Shown: positions 47,301 through 52,456 of the stretch, in pieces | How the letters are laid out: each line of letters opens with the position of its first letter | How positions within the stretch are numbered: position 1 is the first letter of the stretch | Source: Octopus bimaculoides | Lineage: Eukaryota | Length of the DNA stretch: 52,456 nt | Assembly (NCBI RefSeq): GCF_001194135.2 | Contig: NC_068989.1 | Coordinates: 81,118,217 to 81,170,672, forward strand | Reading direction: 5' to 3' | Program-made: the position numbers and the translations under genes | The notes under the pieces: generated by a model | Told to the model about the DNA's origin: nothing | What the model saw: the letters and a program-made list of their open reading frames with translations, nothing else | Database searches by the model: none

Positions 47301-48642
47301 GGTGGTTGGTGTTAGGAAGGACATCCAATCCACTCTGCAGGGTGGTTGGTGTTAGGAAGGACATCCAATGGTAAAAACTGTGCTGAAACAGACACAGAAG
47401 TCTGATGCAGTCTTCTGCTTGGTCAGCACTTGTCAAACCATCCAACCCATGCCAGCATGTAAGGTGCACATTAAACAATGACGATGATGATGATCATCAC
47501 CATCGTTTAACATCCGCCTTCCATGCTAGCATGAGTTGGACGATTTGACTGAGGACTGGTGAAACCAGATGGCTACATCAGGCTCCAATCTGATTTGGCA
47601 GAGTTTCTACAGCTGGATGCCCTTCCTAACGCCAACCACTCAGAGAGTATAGTGGGTGCTTTTATGTGTCACCCGCACGAAGGCCAGTCAGGTGGTACTG
47701 GCAACGGCCATGCTCAAAATAGTGTATTTTATGTGCCACCCGCACAAGAGCCAGTCCAGGGGCACTGGCAACGNNNNNNNNNNNNNNNNNNNNNNNNNNN
47801 NNNNNNNNNNNNNNNNNNNNNNNNNNNNNNNNNNNNNNNNNNNNNNNNNNNNNNNNNNNNNNNNNNNNNNNNNNNNNNNNNNNNNNNNNNNNNNNNNNNN
47901 NNNNNNNNNNNNNNNNNNNNNNNNNNNNNNNNNNNNNNNNNNNNNNNNNNNNNNNNNNNNNNNNNNNNNNNNNNNNNNNNNNNNNNNNNNNNNNNNNNNN
48001 NNNNNNNNNNNNNNNNNNNNNNNNNNNNNNNNNNNNNNNNNNNNNNNNNNNNNNNNNNNNNNNNNNNNNNNNNNNNNNNNNNNNNNNNNNNNNNNNNNNN
48101 NNNNNNNNNNNNNNNNNNNNNNNNNNNNNNNNNNNNNNNNNNNNNNNNNNNNNNNNNNNNNNNNNNNNNNNNNNNNNNNNNNNNNNNNNNNNNNNNNNNN
48201 NNNNNNNNNNNNNNNNNNNNNNNNNNNNNNNNNNNNNNNNNNNNNNNNNNNNNNNNNNNNNNNNNNNNNNNNNNNNNNNNNNNNNNNNNNNNNNNNNNNN
48301 NNNNNNNNNNNNNNNNNNNNNNNNNNNNNNNNNNNNNNNNNNNNNNNNNNNNNNNNNNNNNNNNNNNNNNNNNNNNNNNNNNNNNNNNNNNNNNNNNNNN
48401 NNNNNNNNNNNNNNNNNNNNNNNNNNNNNNNNNNNNNNNNNNNNNNNNNNNNNNNNNNNNNNNNNNNNNNNNNNNNCCTGTTGTAGTCATTTCTTTAGAT
48501 ATTATCTTTTGTCCGACATCATAACCAGAAGTAAGAGGTAAGTCTACAACTTCAGGAGGCGTCAATGGCTTAACACTTGAATTTGAATTATTGGTTTCTG
48601 GCACATTCTCTGAAAGAATTCATAAATATTTATATATTGTTT

Positions 48643-48680
<38 letters not shown>

Positions 48681-51642
48681 GTCTATCTACGTCATTTTAT
48701 CTAAACTGGAGCGAAGGTTTTCCATGTTCATATTTGAATTTTTTGTTTTTATAATATTTTTTGCTTTTATTCATTCTCAAACTGGATGGGCAGGTAACAA
48801 CAAGCCAGCCAACACAAAATAATCTCTAGTGAGACTTCTTTATCAATGTACCTGAAGAGACCCAGACTGATGGGGTGAAACATATGTTATACCTAATAAA
48901 AGTCTAATATGATATCCATCTCGCTATTAATTAATACCCTAACTGCCACTGTTGATACCAAGAAAGATGTGGATCAAGAAAAACTCGAAATAAAATATAC
49001 ATAGCCCAAATACTTATAAAGCTAAACATTATAATTAAGACAATGCAAGATAAACATATATTAAAATATTAGTTAAATAGATCAAATGCATTCCAACTGT
49101 GACCATCACTTCTTTTTCCTCTGTAAAGGGATCCCAGGACATCATTATCTAACATATTTTTCTAAGACAGTAGATAGAGGGTGATTTGAGAGTAATTTGA
49201 CTGCTATTTCTAGAAGCTCAAACAACCACATAGTGGCTCTCTTGTTGGTTCACTAGTAGTTGTTGAAACATGCTGGGGAATTAAGTCAAATGCCTTTTTA
49301 AAAATTTTTAATGTGGTATAGGGTGTTTAGCTGTAAAATATATTTATTCTTTATCTGCTCCAAACTATCTCTTTAGTGTCAGTGGCATAAAATGCACTTG
49401 AATCTATATTGTGAAGTGGTTCACAGCATGAAAAACATCCTGTCATAAAAAGTGTGCAGGCATACACACACACACACACACACAAATGGAGGACATATGA
49501 ATTTTGAAAGCCAAAATGTATGTAACCTGTCTAGGAGATCAATAACTCCAAATAAAAATTGATACAGGGTTGTGAGTATTCTTTCGTACTGCCTTAAAAA
49601 TTCATTTGATCTATGTTGTAAAGAGGGTGATGACAGGAAGGGTGTCCAGCTGTTAAAAACTATGACATATGCACAAAAGCCGATAGTTTTCTGTTGTTGA
49701 GTGTACATGCACATGACTAAGTACTGTGACTAGTGTCAGGGTATTATGAGACCCATCCAACTCATGCCAGTACGACCCCTGCACCAAAAGAAAAGAAAAC
49801 AGATGAACAGATGTGCAGTGACGATAATGCTAAAATAATAACAATGCACTTATTGTGCACAGGTGCACTACCACTCATCAGAATAAGTAGCCACAAGTGC
49901 ACAAACAGCATAGAATAATGTACAGGAAGTTGTTAAAAAAAAAAAAGAGCGGGGTTCAGGTATACTGTTGGCAAATTCCAGGAAGTATGGAAGTTTTGAA
50001 GGCTGTAGGGTCCTGACAGCTAACAACTGATGTGGGTAGTTTATTCCATGCTTCAGCAATTCTGAGTGCGAAAACATGTTTCAGAAAGTCATGGGTGCAG
50101 TGTTGCTTTTCTGATTTTGTAAGCATTTCTGGGAGGTGTTAGACATATAGAATAAGAAAAGGTGCCCAAAGTTGCAGTTGGAAAGATGGTGGATAATCTT
50201 GTGGGGTATCAACCAAAAAGTAGAATAATTAGGATTACGTTATAAAGTACTTCTACATACCATTCGTGTTTGAAGTAGTTTGTTGTCCGGCATCAACTGA
50301 CTCACCATTGGTTGCTGAAGCCGCTGAAGCCGCTGCTGCAGCAGCAGCTTTGGTGGAGGAGAGGATTCGGCTGTGACAGTGTTGTTCGATTGTGTCAACA
50401 ACAGTGAGAAGGGCATCCAGTGATAATAAATGAGTGGTAAAAATACCCGACACTGGGAATGCATTCTACAAGCATACACAAATTAGAATTAGAAATAATA
50501 ATAATTACAGAAGGCTACATTTTTATAAAAATCAGAGACAATTTTTCTTAATGGCTTTGTCAAAGGAAAAAGAAAAGGTAACAACTACCCAGCATTCCCT
50601 TTATATTTTCCCAACTACTAAGCAGAACATTTGCTGCTTTGAGCAAATATATTTTAAAATTCAAAGCCAATGTGCAGAATTTAAACTTTCATGCAGCTTA
50701 TCAAGCACGTTTATAAATTAAAATGCATGACAACATTTTGATGTGAGTGACACCAATTCAACAACTGTGTGGTTGTACACCAAAACGGCTTTGAGGGAAC
50801 ATCGTTCATAATTCATTTAAGTGTCTCTAAGGCTCATGGGGAAAAAAATTATCCTGAGCCTAGAAACCTGACTGAATACTTACACCAGAATGAATTCTGC
50901 TAAAAACCCTCAGTGGCCAGGGAATAGAGTTAAACGAGGTAACAGGTTAAGCCTATCATTTCAACTACATGACACATGGCCCACTCAGGCATGTTTTCAC
51001 CACATGAAATGCACTGTACACCAATTTCACTTAAGTTTAATCAACCAACCCCCAACTCAGTATAGCTGATGTAATTAAACATTTATACTGATTACATTAT
51101 AGAGTAGTTTTACAGTCATCTGACCTTTCTATGTTAGTAATAAAATAGTGACTAATGAATAGTAGCTTATTTACTATGGCTAGGTCAGAGTTAAGCATAA
51201 ACTTATATGTACAAAAATACTTTTTCTAGTAATGAAATAAGCAGGAGTCTAATGTCTTCTCAGTCAACAGAGGCAGTCTGTATCAATTAGGTCAGCTAAG
51301 ATATACACAAATATCTTATAGTAAGTTTAGAAACAACTAAATGTCTTAGTGATGCATTAGTAGCTAGTTACAAGTATGAGCATGTTATGTTTATAACTGA
51401 AGAACAAAGATGAATATAACAATCCATATATATACATATATACATACTTTTGAAAGAAGTTTGGTAAGGTCCTCAAATAAGTTTGAGCAGTAGAGATCAC
51501 AGTCATAGTTAAGAAAGAGTTCAGTAACAAGTCCAGGGATTCGCCATAGGTGAACAACAGCTTCCAGAGAAATCTCACGCATTTCATAGGGTATTCTAGG
51601 AGCTTCTGATACAATTATGTCGCTTAGTTTGGTCAGGTACAT
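17582..51642 (-). CDS. GBF1: Golgi-specific brefeldin A-resistance Arf guanine nucleotide exchange factor 1, 5'-partial (28 exons in window, 4272 nt)
   Basis: Exons encode the HUS end ([15 protein letters not shown]), the Sec7 domain (FRLPGEAP glutamic finger, [14 protein letters not shown]) and HDS1-3 motifs ([43 protein letters not shown]) recognisable as GBF1. All junction phases close. Confidence 0.96.
18160..18415. mobile_element. Penelope-like element remnant with inverted ends carrying hammerhead-like cores
   Basis: Arms 18197-18238 and 18298-18339 (3 mismatches in 42 nt); motif CTGAT(G/A)A-A-GG(C/A)TG..CAGCC-GAAA. Confidence 0.55.
18700..18875 (-). mobile_element. SINE family A, 5' half
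   Basis: gggcttctttcagtttccgtctaccaaatccactcacaaagctttgg...gaagcaagcttcttaacacacagcc. Confidence 0.85.
18950..19145 (+). mobile_element. Decayed LINE RT C-terminal fragment
   Basis: Frameshifted YKGQ...[23 protein letters not shown] resembles the YKAQVRP.MEYCSHIW...IQRKAIRLI motif of CR1/L2-group elements. Confidence 0.4.
19465..19996 (+). mobile_element. SINE family C (GAT-tailed), long copy
   Basis: ggttggcgttaggaagggcatccagctgtagaaactctgcc...catggaaagcggatgttaaacgacgatgatgatgat. Confidence 0.9.
20192..20487 (-). CDS. GBF1: GBF1 exon (C-terminal tail)
   Basis: [14 protein letters not shown]...YILQPPLP...[21 protein letters not shown], resembling the GBF1 'LILQP...PIILNP' tail; donor CAG|gtaagt. 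Confidence 0.88.
20625..20920 (-). mobile_element. tRNA-derived SINE, family E
   Basis: ttccagttgattcaatcaacggaacagcc...gtcttgctcaaggacac...gaactcacaacc...cactaagccac. Confidence 0.75.
21305..21499 (-). CDS. GBF1: GBF1 exon (disordered C-terminal tail)
   Basis: tttag|TG TGT GTT CCA...; (V)[17 protein letters not shown]...QTPSPDS(G); donor gtaagt; phases 1/1. Confidence 0.82.
22021..22340 (-). mobile_element. SINE family C
   Basis: (CAT)n tail at 22021 then reverse complement of the family C body. Confidence 0.9.
22455..22617 (-). mobile_element. SINE family A, 5' half
   Basis: gggcttctttcagtttg...agaagacacttgctcaagg...gggactgaacccag...cttaccacacagcc. Confidence 0.8.
22670..22860 (+). mobile_element. 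SINE family D
   Basis: ggaaatatcttatttggaaacaagtaagggttagcaacaggaagggtatc...gcatggaaaaatggatgttaaatgatg. Confidence 0.75.
23075..23240 (-). CDS. GBF1: GBF1 exon
   Basis: [55 protein letters not shown](G). Confidence 0.95.
23244..23289. repeat. (AAT)n microsatellite abutting a GBF1 acceptor
   Basis: Read directly. Confidence 0.9.
23308..23500 (+). mobile_element. tRNA-derived SINE, family B
   Basis: ggcggcaagttggcagaa...gaattcaaattccgccgaggtcgactttgcctttcatccttttgaggtcaataaattaagtaccag. Confidence 0.88.
23515..23780 (-). mobile_element. Two antisense SINE family B fragments
   Basis: gaccccagtatccaactggt...ttgaccccgaaaggatg and aactggtactgtttattaaaccccgaaaggatg...aattctgccagcttgctgcc. Confidence 0.75.
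23788..23836. repeat. (AAT)n microsatellite next to a GBF1 donor
   Basis: Read directly. Confidence 0.9.
23851..23961 (-). CDS. GBF1: GBF1 exon
   Basis: [37 protein letters not shown]; donor gtgagt. Confidence 0.95.
24110..24570 (+). mobile_element. SINE family A head followed by family D tail
   Basis: tgtgtggttaaaaagcttgcttcc...gtgtcttctactataacc...; aggaaatatt...gcaagcatggaaaagtagacagtaaatgatgat. Confidence 0.7.
25409..25981. mobile_element. Non-autonomous DNA transposon (MITE), 573 bp, 37-bp perfect TIRs, 8-bp TSD GTCTTCTG
   Basis: TIR GGATCTTTTTTAAAACGGGGGCCACATTTTTCATTAA at 25409-25445 and its exact reverse complement at 25945-25981; TSD at 25401-25408 and 25982-25989. Confidence 0.92.
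25648..25691. repeat. Interstitial telomeric repeat palindrome (TAACCC)3-TAGGG-(TTAGGG)3 inside the MITE
   Basis: TAACCCTAACCCTAACCCTAGGGTTAGGGTTAGGGTTAGGGTTA read directly. Confidence 0.95.
26398..26499 (-). CDS. GBF1: GBF1 exon
   Basis: [34 protein letters not shown]; donor gtgagc. Confidence 0.95.
26690..26978 (-). mobile_element. tRNA-derived SINE, family E/F-related
   Basis: gagtgaactggagcaacgtgaaaat...ttgctcaagaatacaacac...gaactcactacctcatgattgtaagcccaatgctctaaccactgagccatgc. Confidence 0.75.
27210..27340 (-). CDS. GBF1: GBF1 exon
   Basis: [43 protein letters not shown]. Confidence 0.95.
27945..28098 (-). CDS. GBF1: GBF1 exon
   Basis: [23 protein letters not shown]...[12 protein letters not shown](G). 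Confidence 0.95.
28280..28479 (-). CDS. GBF1: GBF1 exon
   Basis: [20 protein letters not shown]...[20 protein letters not shown]; donor gtaaat. Confidence 0.9.
28503..28696 (+). repeat. 29-bp minisatellite GTAAGTACAGGCACAGGAGTGGCTGTGTG, at least 6 copies, with internal gap
   Basis: Near-identical units read directly; the unit equals the head of SINE family A. Confidence 0.92.
28974..29155 (-). mobile_element. SINE family C
   Basis: atcatcatcatttaacgtccactttccatgctggcatgggttggacgg...gcccttcctaacaccaaccactctgagag. Confidence 0.85.
29458..29704 (-). CDS. GBF1: GBF1 exon
   Basis: [10 protein letters not shown]...[58 protein letters not shown](G). Confidence 0.95.
30869..31035 (-). CDS. GBF1: GBF1 exon
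   Basis: [33 protein letters not shown]...NVSWLM; donor gtatgt. Confidence 0.94.
31862..32285 (-). mobile_element. SINE family C, long degenerate copy
   Basis: (CAT)n tail then gatgcccttcctaatgccaaccactctgagagtg; internal duplicated gatttcacttgacttgatgggtcttctc. Confidence 0.8.
32946..33183 (-). CDS. GBF1: GBF1 exon
   Basis: [48 protein letters not shown]...AATDS(G). Confidence 0.95.
33505..33658 (-). CDS. GBF1: GBF1 exon
   Basis: [51 protein letters not shown]; donor gtaagt. Confidence 0.95.
33738..34133 (+). mobile_element. SINE family C, young
   Basis: gcttgcgaagac...ggttggcgttaggaagggcatccagctgtagaaactctgc...ggacgttaaatgatgatgatg. Confidence 0.9.
34670..34701. repeat. (CAAC)n microsatellite
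   Basis: Read directly. Confidence 0.85.
34797..35181 (+). mobile_element. SINE family A, near full length
   Basis: gtggtaagaagcttgcttcccaaccacatgattccaggttcagtccc...ccagcatggccacagtcaaatgactgaaacaggtaaaagaataaaag. Confidence 0.9.
35232..35347 (-). CDS. GBF1: GBF1 exon
   Basis: [38 protein letters not shown](R); donor gtttgt. Confidence 0.93.
35885..36077 (-). CDS. GBF1: GBF1 exon
   Basis: [31 protein letters not shown]...[15 protein letters not shown]; donor AAG|gtggct. Confidence 0.93.
36221..36566 (+). mobile_element. SINE family A
   Basis: gcacaggtgtggttgtgtagtgg...gggcaagtgtcttctacaatagcc...gtggctgcagtcttatgactgaaa. Confidence 0.85.
36789..36856 (-). CDS. GBF1: GBF1 exon
   Basis: [22 protein letters not shown](R); donor gttagt. 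Confidence 0.92.
37734..37910 (-). CDS. GBF1: GBF1 exon
   Basis: [59 protein letters not shown]; donor gtaact. Confidence 0.95.
38479..38578 (-). CDS. GBF1: GBF1 exon
   Basis: [33 protein letters not shown]; donor gtaagt. Confidence 0.95.
39480..39652 (-). CDS. GBF1: GBF1 exon (HDS1 start; GC donor)
   Basis: [57 protein letters not shown](R); donor CAG|GCAAGA. Confidence 0.92.
39945..40152 (+). mobile_element. SINE family C-related
   Basis: gtggttcgcattaagaagagcatccaacc...catccaacc...tggaaaatggatgttaaacgatgatgatgatg. Confidence 0.7.
40750..40910 (-). mobile_element. Possible decayed LINE endonuclease fragment
   Basis: [11 protein letters not shown]...[11 protein letters not shown] resembles APE motifs GDFNARIG and NGELLL; weak. 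Confidence 0.3.
41106..41169 (-). CDS. GBF1: GBF1 exon (Sec7 end)
   Basis: [21 protein letters not shown]; donor gtaagt. Confidence 0.94.
42319..42401 (-). CDS. GBF1: GBF1 exon (Sec7)
   Basis: [27 protein letters not shown](R); donor gtaggt. Confidence 0.94.
43835..43960 (-). CDS. GBF1: GBF1 exon (Sec7 motif 2)
   Basis: [42 protein letters not shown]; donor gtgagt. Confidence 0.95.
44557..44880. mobile_element. Inverted pair of SINE family A 3' halves (- at 44557-44720, + at 44790-44880)
   Basis: tttcagtcatttgactgcagccatgctggagc...caggacttattctttgt versus acaaagaataagtcctggggtcg...ccagcatggccacagtcaaatgactgaaac. Confidence 0.85.
44906..45029 (-). CDS. GBF1: GBF1 exon (Sec7 catalytic Glu finger)
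   Basis: [41 protein letters not shown]; donor gtaagt. Confidence 0.96.
45720..45922 (-). CDS. GBF1: GBF1 exon (Sec7 start)
   Basis: [26 protein letters not shown]...[23 protein letters not shown]; donor gtacgt. Confidence 0.95.
46575..46702 (-). CDS. GBF1: GBF1 exon preceding Sec7 (GC donor)
   Basis: (E)[42 protein letters not shown]; donor AAG|GCAAGT. Confidence 0.88.
46917..47143 (+). mobile_element. Young SINE family B nested in a family A copy, with 15-17 bp TSD
   Basis: GGAAACTGTGTGGAAGC at 46902-46918 and 47144-47160 flanks gcgagctggcagaaacattagc...gcaataaagaaata. Confidence 0.92.
47161..47490 (+). mobile_element. SINE family C with internal 40-bp tandem duplication
   Basis: aatccactctgcagggtggttggtgttaggaaggacatcc occurs twice in tandem (about 47288-47367). 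Confidence 0.8.
47491..47773 (-). mobile_element. SINE family C, young, running into the 703-N gap
   Basis: catcaccatcgtttaacatccgccttccatgctagcatgagttggacg... Confidence 0.9.
47774..48476. other. Assembly gap (703 N); other gaps at 26146-26245, 28592-28601, 31537-31548 and about 44343-44456
   Basis: N runs. Confidence 0.98.
48478..48609 (-). CDS. GBF1: GBF1 exon (low-conservation linker; donor truncated by gap)
   Basis: tttcag|AG AAT GTG CCA..., [44 protein letters not shown]; phase 1 to phase 1; only the G of the donor (48477) precedes the N gap. Confidence 0.75.
48644..48690. repeat. (TCTA)n microsatellite
   Basis: Read directly. Confidence 0.9.
49956..50150 (-). mobile_element. CR1-type LINE ORF2 C-terminal fragment
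   Basis: [50 protein letters not shown] has the CR1 F..R...WN.LP..VV...FK motif. Confidence 0.7.
50261..50465 (-). CDS. GBF1: GBF1 exon
   Basis: [51 protein letters not shown]...TNG; end phase 1, gtatgt. Confidence 0.93.
51448..51642 (-). CDS. GBF1: GBF1 exon (HUS domain)
   Basis: [65 protein letters not shown]; tag|...|gtatgt. Confidence 0.95.
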
Positions 51643-51778
51643 CTAGATATTGAAAAAACAAACAAATATATAAGTAATGAACCAATGATGGAACTTGTAC
51701 ATGGCTACTCAACCTGCCACAAATGCAGTCAAATCTCTCTCAAATGACTCCTTGAAATTTTGGGTATTTGAGTATATT

Positions 51779-51957
51779 TAAGAATTTAAGGATTGGAGAA
51801 AACGCATGTTATAATTGCATACTTTATTCCTACATATGTTTCAAAAGATTACAACCTGTGTGATTCATAGGGATCTTTGATATTAAAATTGTAACCTTCT
51901 ATGTAGGAATAAAGTATGCAATTATAACATGCGTTTTCTCCAATCCTTAAATTCTTA
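51779..51957. repeat. Perfect 58-bp inverted repeat with 63-nt spacer
   Basis: 51779-51836 is the exact reverse complement of 51900-51957. Confidence 0.93.
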
Positions 51958-52092
51958 TAAGTCTTAAGAAAGAAAGGATACGTTGAAAAATGTAATCCTA
52001 AATATATATGCCTGTAAAACATAAAGGGAGAGTTTTATGACTGGAATGCCTTTAAATCAGATGTATCTTGATCAGGGCAACCTGGGATTAAA

Positions 52093-52093
<1 letters not shown>

Positions 52094-52144
<51 letters not shown>
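52094..52144. repeat. (GT)n microsatellite
   Basis: Read directly. Confidence 0.9.
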
Positions 52145-52146
<2 letters not shown>

Positions 52147-52325
52147 AACCCATGCCAGCATGGAAGACAGATGTTAAATGATGATGATATATATTTATTA
52201 TGTATGCTACGTATGTAGCTTGGTGCAGCTATCCAGCTGGTCTGCTTCTGTCAAACTGTCCAACCCATGTCAGCATGGAAATCAGACATTCAATGATGAT
52301 GATGATGATAAAGATGATACACATA

Positions 52326-52456
52326 GGCGCAAGAGTGGCTGTGTGGCACTTTGGGCAAGTATCTTCTACTATAGCCTCGGGCCGACCAAAGCCTTGTGAG
52401 TGGATTTGGTAGACGGAAACTGAAAGAGGCTCGTCATATATATATATATATATATA
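52326..52456 (+). mobile_element. SINE family A with internal deletion of the B-box segment
   Basis: ggcgcaagagtggctgtgtgg^cactttgggcaagtatcttctactatagcctcgggccgaccaaagcc. Confidence 0.85.

Noticed and set aside
47559-48604. Long ORFs of 276-321 aa (also 26048-26505, 44242-44601)
   Set aside because: Artefacts of translating through N gaps and microsatellites; only 48478-48609 is a real exon

Overview
AT-rich, microsatellite- and SINE-dense animal genomic DNA with five assembly gaps. The repeat families and TTAGGG repeats suggest an octopus or other coleoid mollusc; this is an inference, with no search run. Two spliced genes converge tail-to-tail. On the + strand is a complete LUC7L/LUC7L2-type U1 snRNP splicing factor: 8 coding exons, 3206-15431, 322 aa. 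On the - strand is the 3' part of GBF1, the large Sec7 Arf-GEF: 28 coding exons, 51642-17582, about 1,420 codons (HUS end, Sec7, HDS1-3, C-terminal tail); its 5' exons lie beyond the window. Exon phases join in frame, apart from one donor cut by a gap, provided two GC-AG introns are accepted. Most short ORFs in the track are microsatellite or SINE artefacts. Notable observations: (1) a cluster of candidate NMD poison exons in a repeat-free part of LUC7L intron 1, suggesting an autoregulatory loop; (2) a palindromic double poly(A) signal between the two genes; (3) a young MITE with 37-bp perfect TIRs, an 8-bp TSD and a central telomere-repeat palindrome; (4) hammerhead-ribozyme-like cores in an inverted Penelope-like remnant; (5) a perfect 58-bp hairpin; (6) a minisatellite built from a SINE head. 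No CRISPR, rRNA or true tRNA gene is supported.
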